Source: a virus
Taxonomy: Duplodnaviria; Caudoviricetes
Virus record (IMG/VR): IMGVR_UViG_3300037310_000564
Span: 1 to 64,000 of that record
Length of the DNA: 64,000 bases
Strand: one strand, 5' to 3'
Made by a program: the position numbers and the translations under genes. Below, piece by piece: positions 10,666 through 18,353 of this stretch. The notes beneath the pieces were generated by a model that made no database searches, was not told where the DNA came from, and worked only from the letters and a program-made list of their open reading frames with translations. The first letter of the stretch is position 1. Each line of letters opens with the position of its first letter.

Positions 10666-10919
10666 TTGCGATTCTTTATGTGATCTCTAATCTGAGCCCC
10701 AACCTGACCCCTAACCTGAGTCCAAGCCAGGGCCCAAACCTGATCCCTAATCTGATCCCTAATCTGATCCCCAACCTGATCCATAATCTGATCCATAATC
10801 TGATCCCAAGCCTGATTCCAAAACTGATCCAAAACCTGATCCCAAACCTGATCCCCAACCCGATCTATAACGTGATGTTTGGCCCGATCCCATACTTTAA
10901 CTTTTTGTTTTTTCTTCAT
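10662..10919 (-). CDS. QVWD-repeat mini-protein, unit 14
   Basis: Constant leader, repeats, ATGA overlaps. Confidence 0.85.
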   Translation of the reverse strand: MKKKQKVKVWDRAKHHVIDRVGDQVWDQVLDQFWNQAWDQIMDQIMDQVGDQIRDQIRDQVWALAWTQVRGQVGAQIRDHIKNRK

Positions 10920-11119
10920 TTATGATTCCTTATGTGATCCTTCATCTTAGCCCTAACCTGATCCCAAACCTGATCCCTAATCTGATCAAAAACCCAATTC
11001 TTAACCTGATCCACAGTCTGATCCCAAACCTGAATCCAAACCTGATCCCTAACCCGATCTATAACGCGATGTTTGGCCCGATACCACACTTTAACTTTTT
11101 GTTTTTGTTGATTTTTCAT
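10916..11119 (-). CDS. QVWD-repeat mini-protein, unit 13
   Basis: Constant leader, repeats, ATGA overlaps. Confidence 0.85.
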   Translation of the reverse strand: MKNQQKQKVKVWYRAKHRVIDRVRDQVWIQVWDQTVDQVKNWVFDQIRDQVWDQVRAKMKDHIRNHK

Positions 11120-11302
11120 TTGTGATTCCTTATGTGATCCTCAACCTAATTTGCGATTCCTAATCTGACGCCAAACCTGATCCGCAACCCGATCCCAAAC
11201 CTGATTCTTAACCCGATCCACAGTCTGCTCCCAAACCTAATCATAAACTCGTTGTTGGACACGATCCAACACTTTAACTTTTTGTTTTTGTTTAGTTTTC
11301 AT
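11116..11302 (-). pseudogene. Broken QVWD-repeat unit 12 (nonsense codon plus out-of-frame tail)
   Basis: ATG 11302 gives MKTKQKQKVKVLDRVQQRVYD then TAG at 11237-11239 where unit 1 has CAG. The normal DHIRNHK*-type tail at 11116-11140 is out of frame with the start. Confidence 0.85.
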
Positions 11303-11520
11303 TTGCTATTCCTAATCTGATTTCCAATCTGATCCCTAACCTGACCCCTAACCTGATCCCCAACCTGATGACAAATCTGATCACAAGCCTGATTCCAAAC
11401 CCGGCCACTAATCTGAATCCAAAACTGATCCTTAGCCCGATCCCTAATCTGATTCCAAAACTGATCCCTAACTTGATGTTTGGCCCGATCCCATGCTTTA
11501 ACTTTTTGCTTTGTTTTCAT
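11299..11520 (-). CDS. QVWD-repeat mini-protein, unit 11
   Basis: Constant leader, repeats, ATGA overlaps. Confidence 0.85.
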   Translation of the reverse strand: MKTKQKVKAWDRAKHQVRDQFWNQIRDRAKDQFWIQISGRVWNQACDQICHQVGDQVRGQVRDQIGNQIRNSK

Positions 11521-11765
11521 TTGTGATTCCTTATGCGATCCTTAATCTGAACCCTAATCTGATCCCGAATCTGATCAAAAACCCGATTCCTAACCTGATC
11601 CACGGTCTGATCCCAAACCCGATTCCAAACCTGAGTCCAAGCCGGATCAGACTGGGGCATAGCCTGATACCAAATCTGACCTCCAGCCAGATCCCAAGCC
11701 TGCTCACTAACTCGCGATCTGGCCTGATACCATACTTTAACTTTTTGTTTTTGCTTTGTTTTCAT
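11517..11765 (-). CDS. QVWD-repeat mini-protein, unit 10
   Basis: Constant leader, repeats, ATGA overlaps. Confidence 0.85.
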   Translation of the reverse strand: MKTKQKQKVKVWYQARSRVSEQAWDLAGGQIWYQAMPQSDPAWTQVWNRVWDQTVDQVRNRVFDQIRDQIRVQIKDRIRNHK

Positions 11766-11965
11766 TTATGATTCCTTATGTGATCCTTAATCTGATCCCC
11801 AACCTGACCCCTAACCTGATTCCAAACCTGCTCCCCAACCTGATTCCAAACCTGATTCCAAACCCGGCCCCTAACCTGATTCCTAACCTGATGCCCAACA
11901 CAATTCATAACCCGCAACTTGGCTAGGTCCCATGCTTTAACTTTTTGTTTTTGTTTATTTTTCAT
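11762..11965 (-). CDS. QVWD-repeat mini-protein, unit 9
   Basis: Constant leader, repeats, ATGA overlaps. Confidence 0.85.
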   Translation of the reverse strand: MKNKQKQKVKAWDLAKLRVMNCVGHQVRNQVRGRVWNQVWNQVGEQVWNQVRGQVGDQIKDHIRNHK

Positions 11966-12177
11966 TTGTGATTCCTAATCTGATTTCCAATCTGATCCCA
12001 TACCTGACCCCTAACCTGAGCCCCAGCCTGATCCCAAACCTGATCCCAAACCTTAAACCAAAACTGATCCATAACCTGCTCCCAAACCTGATCCCTAAAC
12101 TGATCCATGGCCTGCCGAAAAACTCGCGATCTGGCTTGATGCCATACTTTAACTTTTTGTTTTTGTTTAGTTTTCAT
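11962..12177 (-). CDS. QVWD-repeat mini-protein, unit 8
   Basis: Constant leader, repeats, ATGA overlaps. Confidence 0.85.
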   Translation of the reverse strand: MKTKQKQKVKVWHQARSRVFRQAMDQFRDQVWEQVMDQFWFKVWDQVWDQAGAQVRGQVWDQIGNQIRNHK

Positions 12178-12413
12178 TTGTGATTCTTTATGTGACCCTT
12201 CATCTTAGCCCAAACCTGCTCCCCAACCTGACCCCTAATCTGACGCCAAACCTGATCCCTAATCTGATCCCAAGCCTGATCCCAATCCGGATACCAAACC
12301 TGATTCTTAACCTGCTCCCAAACCTGATCCATAACATGATTCCAAACAGGATCTATAACTCGATGTTTGGCCCGATCCCATACTTTAACTTTTTGTTTTT
12401 GTTTAGTTTTCAT
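12174..12413 (-). CDS. QVWD-repeat mini-protein, unit 7
   Basis: Constant leader, repeats, ATGA overlaps. Confidence 0.85.
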   Translation of the reverse strand: MKTKQKQKVKVWDRAKHRVIDPVWNHVMDQVWEQVKNQVWYPDWDQAWDQIRDQVWRQIRGQVGEQVWAKMKGHIKNHK

Positions 12414-12613
12414 TTACAATTCCTTATGTGATAGCTAATCTGATCCTTAATCTGATTCCCAACCTGACCCCTAACCTGATCCCAAACCTGCTCCCCAACC
12501 CGATCCCAAACCCAGCCCCTAACCTGATCCTCAACCGGATCCCAAACCTGATACCAAACTTGCGATCTGGCCCGATCCCATACTTTAACTTTTTGTTTTT
12601 GTTTAGTTTTCAT
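12410..12613 (-). CDS. QVWD-repeat mini-protein, unit 6
   Basis: Constant leader, repeats, ATGA overlaps. Confidence 0.85.
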   Translation of the reverse strand: MKTKQKQKVKVWDRARSQVWYQVWDPVEDQVRGWVWDRVGEQVWDQVRGQVGNQIKDQISYHIRNCK

Positions 12614-12825
12614 TTGTGATTATTTATGTGATCTCTAATCTGACGCCAAACCTGATCCCAAACCTGATTAATAACCTGATCCCAAACCTGAATCCAAACC
12701 TGATCCCCAACCTGAACCCTAATCTGGTCCCAAGCCTGATCCTCAACCTGATCCCTAACCTGATCCCTAACTCGAAAATTGGCCTGATCCCACACTTTAA
12801 CTTTTTGTTTTTGTTTAGTTTTCAT
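12610..12825 (-). CDS. QVWD-repeat mini-protein, unit 5
   Basis: Constant leader, repeats, ATGA overlaps. Confidence 0.85.
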   Translation of the reverse strand: MKTKQKQKVKVWDQANFRVRDQVRDQVEDQAWDQIRVQVGDQVWIQVWDQVINQVWDQVWRQIRDHINNHK

Positions 12826-13064
12826 TTGCGATTCCTTATGCGATCCTCAATCTGATTCCTAACCTGAGCCCTAATCTGACCCCTAAGAACCTGATTCCAA
12901 ACCTGCTCCTCAGCCTGATTCCAAACCTGCTTCAAAACTTGAACCCAAACCGGGATCCAATCATAATCCCAAATAATATCTTTTGTCTGATCCCAAACCT
13001 GGCGCCTAACTTGAAAACCGACCCGATCCCATACTTTAACTTTTTGTTTTGGCTTTGTTTTCAT
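12822..13064 (-). CDS. QVWD-repeat mini-protein, unit 4
   Basis: Constant leader, repeats, ATGA overlaps. Confidence 0.85.
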   Translation of the reverse strand: MKTKPKQKVKVWDRVGFQVRRQVWDQTKDIIWDYDWIPVWVQVLKQVWNQAEEQVWNQVLRGQIRAQVRNQIEDRIRNRK

Positions 13065-13300
13065 TTGTGATTCTTTATGCGATCCTCAATCTGATTTCCA
13101 ATCTGATCCCAAACCTGATTCTTAACCTGCTCCCAAACCTGATCCTCAACCTGATCCCTGGCCTGGACCCAGACCTGCTCCCAAACCTGAGTCCTACCCT
13201 GATCCCAAACCTGATCCCTAATCTGACAATGAGCATGAGCCATAACTCGCAATCTGTCCCGACCCCAGACTTTAACTTTTTGTTTTTGCTGTGTTTTCAT
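13061..13300 (-). CDS. QVWD-repeat mini-protein, unit 3
   Basis: Constant leader, repeats, ATGA overlaps. Confidence 0.85.
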   Translation of the reverse strand: MKTQQKQKVKVWGRDRLRVMAHAHCQIRDQVWDQGRTQVWEQVWVQARDQVEDQVWEQVKNQVWDQIGNQIEDRIKNHK

Positions 13301-13536
13301 TCATGATTCCTTGTGTTATCCTTCATCTTAGCCCTAACCTGCTCCCAAACCCGATTCCTAATCTGACTTCCAATCTGATTCCTAACCTGAATCCAAACCT
13401 GATCCCCAACCTGAACCCTAATCTGGTCCCAAGCCTGATTCCTAACCTGATACCCAACCTGATCCTCAACCTGATACCTAACTCGAAAATTGGCCCGACC
13501 CCATACTTTAACTTTTTGTTTTTGTTTAGTTTTCAT
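13297..13536 (-). CDS. QVWD-repeat mini-protein, unit 2
   Basis: Constant leader, repeats, ATGA overlaps. Confidence 0.85.
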   Translation of the reverse strand: MKTKQKQKVKVWGRANFRVRYQVEDQVGYQVRNQAWDQIRVQVGDQVWIQVRNQIGSQIRNRVWEQVRAKMKDNTRNHE

Positions 13537-13760
13537 TTGCGATTCCTTATGTTTATGTGATCTCTAATCTGACGCCAAACCTGATCCCAAACCTGATACC
13601 CAACCTGAGCCCTAACCTGCTCCCAAACCTGATCCCTAGCCTGATTCATAACCTGATCCCTAATCTGATCCCCAACCTGATTCTTAACCTGCTCCCAAAC
13701 CTGATCATAAACTCGTTGTTGGACACGATCCCATGCTTTAACTTTTTGTTTTGTTTTCAC
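13533..13760 (-). CDS. QVWD-repeat mini-protein, unit 1 (first)
   Basis: Likely GTG start at 13760 (or 13763) after GAAAGG, aligning with the paralogue leaders. The ORF track extends it to 13793. Confidence 0.8.
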   Translation of the reverse strand: MKTKQKVKAWDRVQQRVYDQVWEQVKNQVGDQIRDQVMNQARDQVWEQVRAQVGYQVWDQVWRQIRDHINIRNRK

Positions 13761-13842
13761 CACACAATGCCTTTCCGTATTCGTTTGATCCATAATACGA
13801 AATATAAATAAACAGCACAGGCCATACCCTGGGTCGATTATT

Positions 13843-13870
13843 TTATCGTCATATTGCTGGAAAAACTTTA
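13843..13870 (-). promoter_or_regulatory. sigma28 (FliA)-like promoter upstream of the mini-gene array
   Basis: Minus strand reads TAAAGTTT-N12-GACGATAA, one base longer than the consensus spacer with one mismatch in the -10. It overlaps a GATAAAAT late-type motif. Confidence 0.6.
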
Positions 13871-13871
13871 A

Positions 13872-15416
13872 TTAGCTAATAAAGCTGAGTGGTAATGGTT
13901 GGGTAGAGCCGGCAATCGTAATTAGCAGAGAGACAGCAATGCCTGTTCCTGTGGTTGAAACTTTGGCAATTTCCACTGCTCTATAACGACCATCCTGCAG
14001 CAAAGACTCTCTTAATAGTTGGCCAAAAATGACAGCCTCATTTGTAGATCCAAAAAAGCGGCTGCCAATGTCTACCGTAACACCATAATTAGGGTGGAAA
14101 GGTAGATCGCCACGTATGGTTTTCAGCGCATTTAAGGCCGCCTGTTTAACAGCGGGGAGACCGGCAACAAGGCGGAAATTGCCGCCGGCATCTATAGACA
14201 GGTCATTCTTTTCATCGCGAGCAAAATCCACGCCAAACTGTAATAAAGCCAAATCTAGGCGCCTCAAATCGTCCCGTGATGGTGTTGGAATAGAGGAGCT
14301 TATTTCACTAGCATCACGGGATGGGATCAAAATAAACTGTCCAGGCCGGGTGGTGCCTGGTTGATAAATCCTAACAAACCCTCCCTCAGAGGGCTTAAAT
14401 CTGTTAATGTCTTGATTTCCTGACAAAAACAAAATTAGTGTGCCATTGTCATTGGCAATAACTCGGTCAACGATCCTGGTTTCTTCACGGTATCTATGGC
14501 TGCCAATACCAATTTTAGTCCCCACCGGCACATCAGACTTTCTGGAATCAGAGATAATTAGGTTATTGGATGCTGCAGGAGCCAACAATGGAAACTTTTC
14601 GCCAACCAAATCAATATATGGTGGCTGTAAATTATTAACCGTCACCAACTCCAACCAATATTGTTGGTCGCCCATGTATTTTAATGCCATATGTTCCAAA
14701 GAAATCTCAAACAATTTAGGCACATATGACACAAAAGTATCATCAAATGTAATTTTGGAGGCTGGATTGATAGTTTGCTTGGTTAAGGCCAAAACATTGG
14801 GAGGCCTTTTTTGAGATTCCTTTAAGAAGTAAATAAGGGAATCAATAAAAGCGTGCGTTTCGTTGATCTGGTCGATATCCTCCAAATCAGCAATGGTTGC
14901 TGAGCGCTGCTTGGCTTTTGTTTGCAATCCCAATAACTTGGCAGCATCCTCATCACCTAAGCCAATAATTTGGGCACGGTCAGCAGCATCATATCGCAAA
15001 AACCTTTGCATATTCTGAAAGTCTTCAATATCAAGCTTCTGAATCCTCTCAATTTCTTGGTTTTTGTAAATTAGTTCATCAGGGGATAATGAAAGGCTAG
15101 ATAACAAGATTAAATCTAAAAAAGGCTGAACATTAAGAAAATTGTTAATTTGATTTAGGGGGTTAGTGGTATTTCCTAACTTATAGCTATTAATAAAACG
15201 CTCAAAATCTTCAAACTTACGCAATAACACCTCATCACCATTGGAAATTTCCATAAATGATTCTGAGAATGAGCTCCAATTAGTTACAATCCATGTCCAC
15301 CTATTTTGCGCCAAAACCTGAAAGTCTCCCAAAGATAATGGGGAGTTAGATAATAGTTTGGTATAGGTGTTAGCATCAGTTATAACTTGATATAAATTTG
15401 TATAAATATTGGCCAT
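13872..15416 (-). CDS. Baseplate protein: LysM-like (gp53-like) region fused to a C-terminal gp25-like domain
   Basis: SLEHMALKYMGDQQYWLELVTVNNLQPPY (LysM-like); DLSIDAGGNFRLVAGLPAVKQA...RGDLPFHPNYG...LLQDGRY (GPW/gp25-like). Confidence 0.75.
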   Translation of the reverse strand: MANIYTNLYQVITDANTYTKLLSNSPLSLGDFQVLAQNRWTWIVTNWSSFSESFMEISNGDEVLLRKFEDFERFINSYKLGNTTNPLNQINNFLNVQPFLDLILLSSLSLSPDELIYKNQEIERIQKLDIEDFQNMQRFLRYDAADRAQIIGLGDEDAAKLLGLQTKAKQRSATIADLEDIDQINETHAFIDSLIYFLKESQKRPPNVLALTKQTINPASKITFDDTFVSYVPKLFEISLEHMALKYMGDQQYWLELVTVNNLQPPYIDLVGEKFPLLAPAASNNLIISDSRKSDVPVGTKIGIGSHRYREETRIVDRVIANDNGTLILFLSGNQDINRFKPSEGGFVRIYQPGTTRPGQFILIPSRDASEISSSIPTPSRDDLRRLDLALLQFGVDFARDEKNDLSIDAGGNFRLVAGLPAVKQAALNALKTIRGDLPFHPNYGVTVDIGSRFFGSTNEAVIFGQLLRESLLQDGRYRAVEIAKVSTTGTGIAVSLLITIAGSTQPLPLSFIS

Positions 15417-15422
15417 TTAGCA

Positions 15423-16373
15423 TTACCCATTTTTTTTTCTGAAAAAATAATTCGTTAAGTTCTTCATTGTGGTTGGACTAATAGTGACTACCTCTTTTAA
15501 GTCACCATTAGGACCAAAACGATCTATGGCCTTTTGAGATTCGGAGACGCTCTTAACATCCCACGCCTTTAAGTTGATGTTATACCTTATAAGCATTGGA
15601 TTTTGCACAGATTGTTGAAATTGAGGGTCTTGCAATATGCAACGCCACTCCTGTCCTGTTTTATAATTCCTAAATACCATCCGGAGATTTGGGTTTTGTT
15701 CTTTGGCCTTAGAATAAGCAAAGAAAAACCTTTGCATCTCTAGCGCTTCTGTAAAACCATTACTGTCTTGTGTAACTGCCGAAGCATTATAAGGAATGTT
15801 TGGTAGCAAGGCAGCATTTACTGTACTGGCCGTCCCTGAAACAGCTCCAACTATGTCACCATCCTTAGCAGAATCAAGTATGTCAATTGATTTTCCCAAA
15901 ACACCACCAACCTTAGAGATGGCCTGTTGCACACCTGCCAACGGCCCCGATAATAGACCAGTAGTGGATATTTTGTCCCTAAATTGTGTGGCAACCTCTT
16001 TTCTTAAGTCCTCGTCCCCGGCGGCACGACTAATGGCCGTTCCTGTGGTTCCGGACATTGAAATGAGCCAAAACACATTGGAGCCAGTTTCCTCCACAAC
16101 ACCGCCTAATGTGGCTGTGGCTTGGGAGGCTGTTACTTGCTTAACTACGTAAGATTGTGGAGGAATTGGTAAAGTATAGTAAAATTTTTCAGGGCCGCCC
16201 TCAACAATGAATTGATATGCAAAAACTTTATACCAATCCTCGCCGGTAAACTCCCATGGCTTAGAGCCTAATAGTTTATAAATTCCGGTCTCAGAGCTTG
16301 GTGTGATGGCTCCATTGACTAAGTTCTTTAAATCTTTGAATTTTTTACTTAAATTATCAACTGAAACTGCCAT
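15423..16373 (-). CDS. Putative baseplate/tail-tube initiator protein
   Basis: Position in the baseplate cluster; YTLPIPPQS and QQSVQNPMLIRYNINLKAW resemble tube-initiator folds. Confidence 0.5.
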   Translation of the reverse strand: MAVSVDNLSKKFKDLKNLVNGAITPSSETGIYKLLGSKPWEFTGEDWYKVFAYQFIVEGGPEKFYYTLPIPPQSYVVKQVTASQATATLGGVVEETGSNVFWLISMSGTTGTAISRAAGDEDLRKEVATQFRDKISTTGLLSGPLAGVQQAISKVGGVLGKSIDILDSAKDGDIVGAVSGTASTVNAALLPNIPYNASAVTQDSNGFTEALEMQRFFFAYSKAKEQNPNLRMVFRNYKTGQEWRCILQDPQFQQSVQNPMLIRYNINLKAWDVKSVSESQKAIDRFGPNGDLKEVVTISPTTMKNLTNYFFRKKNG

Positions 16374-16468
16374 TTGTGCCCAAGCCCTATAAAATGATCC
16401 ATTTTCATTTTAACAACGAAGGGATTGATTCACAGGAAATTCTGTATTATGACTCATGCTCACGCTTC

Positions 16469-17098
16469 TTATAAAATTGTCCCGCCAGTTCCTGCTCCTA
16501 ATGTTATTGGGCCGCCACCAGCAGAACATAGGCCCGACACTACTGCTAAATTTACCGTAGCATTATCCATGACATGCTTCACAATAGCGTCAGACATCTT
16601 TTGCAGCTCCGGGCTGGCCGAAGCCTGGCCAATGCCGGCAGCCCAAAGTTTGGCCATACCACTGCCTGATAGGCCGCCAATCTTGCCGCCGGCACCAACA
16701 CCAACCAAAGGGCCTGGAGTAGTTGGCGTATTGGCACACGCTCCAGTTATCTGGCCGGCCGTAAAGGAAACTGTTCCTGTTAGGAAGTGAGCGGCCATGC
16801 CATTGGCCATTCCCAAAACTTGAGGAGTTGGTGGCCCAAAAGCTAAAGCTAAAAAAGGCATGAAGGCGGCAGGGATTAACACAATCATTCCTCCGCTACC
16901 CTCGCCTGCAATAAGGGGTCCGCCTGATGGTGGTGCCGTACCGGTAATTGTGCCGGGCAGAAAGCTTACAATCCCGGTTTGCAAAAAACTCACAATAGCC
17001 GTAGCAAACTGCAGATTGACCACGGCGGTATCTTCGCTGCCTTGCCCCGCTGCCTCTTTTATTTCATCCGCCAGTTTTGATGGATTAAGTGGCATCAA
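16469..17098 (-). CDS. Gly/Ala-rich baseplate protein, possibly the spike tip
   Basis: Overlaps the end of the spike gene by 4 nt; internally duplicated Gly-rich halves. Confidence 0.45.
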   Translation of the reverse strand: MMPLNPSKLADEIKEAAGQGSEDTAVVNLQFATAIVSFLQTGIVSFLPGTITGTAPPSGGPLIAGEGSGGMIVLIPAAFMPFLALAFGPPTPQVLGMANGMAAHFLTGTVSFTAGQITGACANTPTTPGPLVGVGAGGKIGGLSGSGMAKLWAAGIGQASASPELQKMSDAIVKHVMDNATVNLAVVSGLCSAGGGPITLGAGTGGTIL

Positions 17099-18342
17099 AT
17101 ACCGCCCTTAATAGATTCTAGTTTTGCCTTAAGCTGTGCTAAGGTTGTGGTTGCTTTGACAAAATCAGCAACATTTATGGGCGGTGAGGTGGGATATCCC
17201 AAATTTCCAAGCACAGTGAGCGCCTGAATAGCGATCAGTGTATCGTTAAGTACCGCCATTAATTGAACCACACTATCCACTAATTCCGCCGACTTTCCCC
17301 CCATCCCAACCTTGCCTTTACCCAGCTTTATGGTGGCGCCGGACGCTTCAATTGTGGCGCTCCCATTTACCGAAATGGTCCAATCTTTTCCAACAGACTC
17401 TTCGAGTTTGCCGCTAATTTCATTGGTGTTATTGCCGGAAATCTTATTTTCAACATCTTTACTAACACTAACTACCTGATTTCCTGAAACATTTACTTCA
17501 AAATCCTTTTCAACCACATCGGTGCGCGTTCCATCAGAAGTCAAAAGCAACTCATTACGTGCCCGTAAGGTGGCTGACTTGTCGTCTTTATTGAGAGTTA
17601 ATGATTCATTGTCTGGATCACCAATAGAGGGGATTGCCTCTTCATCGACTGACGATAGACCATTATTATTAAGAGAAATGGTTTTGGCTGTGCGGTCAAT
17701 CTCAATCATTTGACCTTCATGGTCACGAACCCTAAAAATGCCTTCAGAGAGCATCTCAATGATTGTTGTTTCGGTTTCGTCCTTTGGAGTAAGTGCTGGA
17801 TTGTCCACGCCAAGAGCAGAAGTCAAGGAAGATGCCAATCCCGTTAAGGCGGAAAGTCCTCCGGAGTCAGTCCCTGTGTACTTAACTTCTGGCGCTCCTT
17901 TGTGGATGATTTGAAGCTGCCCATCCTCATCAATGGTAATTCTAACACCTAAATATTGAAAAACAGCCTGTGGTTTTAGTGATTTAGCTTCGCTGCCAAC
18001 AATTTCTTTAGTTTGGTTGGGGTGTGGGTGAAAGCCAATTATCATAGGTCGCAAAAATGAGCCACCAAGGAATGCTATAAGAACGCGGTCCCCAATACGC
18101 GCATTTTCATTTTTTTGAGATGTGTAGTTAATTTTATTGCCAGAATCAGAGGAGGCCCTGGCTCGGTGTTGAAAAAAATCACCAATGCCGCCAAACATTG
18201 TGCAGCACTCAACATTATCCACAATTAATTGCTGACTATTTCCCAAATGAATTAGGCATTTATATCGTACAAAAGGGACTGGGCTTTCATTTTGCTCCAC
18301 TACCTCTTGAATCTCGCCTTCATAAATAAACGGTAATTCCAT
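17095..18342 (-). CDS. Baseplate central spike (gpV/gp5/VgrG-like)
   Basis: N-terminal OB-fold-like region (IGDRVLIAFLGGSFLRPMIIG) and C-terminal beta-helix repeats (VNVSGNQVVSVSKDVENKISGN). Confidence 0.8.
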   Translation of the reverse strand: MELPFIYEGEIQEVVEQNESPVPFVRYKCLIHLGNSQQLIVDNVECCTMFGGIGDFFQHRARASSDSGNKINYTSQKNENARIGDRVLIAFLGGSFLRPMIIGFHPHPNQTKEIVGSEAKSLKPQAVFQYLGVRITIDEDGQLQIIHKGAPEVKYTGTDSGGLSALTGLASSLTSALGVDNPALTPKDETETTIIEMLSEGIFRVRDHEGQMIEIDRTAKTISLNNNGLSSVDEEAIPSIGDPDNESLTLNKDDKSATLRARNELLLTSDGTRTDVVEKDFEVNVSGNQVVSVSKDVENKISGNNTNEISGKLEESVGKDWTISVNGSATIEASGATIKLGKGKVGMGGKSAELVDSVVQLMAVLNDTLIAIQALTVLGNLGYPTSPPINVADFVKATTTLAQLKAKLESIKGGI

Positions 18343-18353
18343 AAATACTCACT

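Larger units (their letters stand above)
10014..13760 (-). repeat. Tandem array of 17 paralogous mini-genes built on a 12-nt repeat (NAT CAG RTT NGG)
   Basis: A constant ~35-nt leader (ATGAAAACTAAACAAAAACAAAAAGTTAAAGT) recurs every ~185-255 nt. Every junction is an ATGA stop/start overlap with an AGGA-like RBS inside the previous tail. Confidence 0.97.

Noticed and set aside
11237-11239. TAG-to-Gln recoding (genetic code 15)
   Set aside because: Only one in-frame TAG, in a unit with other lesions; TAG ends intact genes (33861, 52500, 59903), and long ORFs are unbroken in code 11.
10014-13760. CRISPR-like array (constant ~35-nt block with variable spacers)
   Set aside because: Spacers are about 150-220 nt, coding and internally repetitive; the constant block is a non-palindromic translation start; no cas genes.
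10456-13811. Plus-strand PNLI-repeat ORFs in the track
   Set aside because: Antisense shadows of the 12-nt repeat; the RBS, ATGA coupling and promoter are all on the minus strand.
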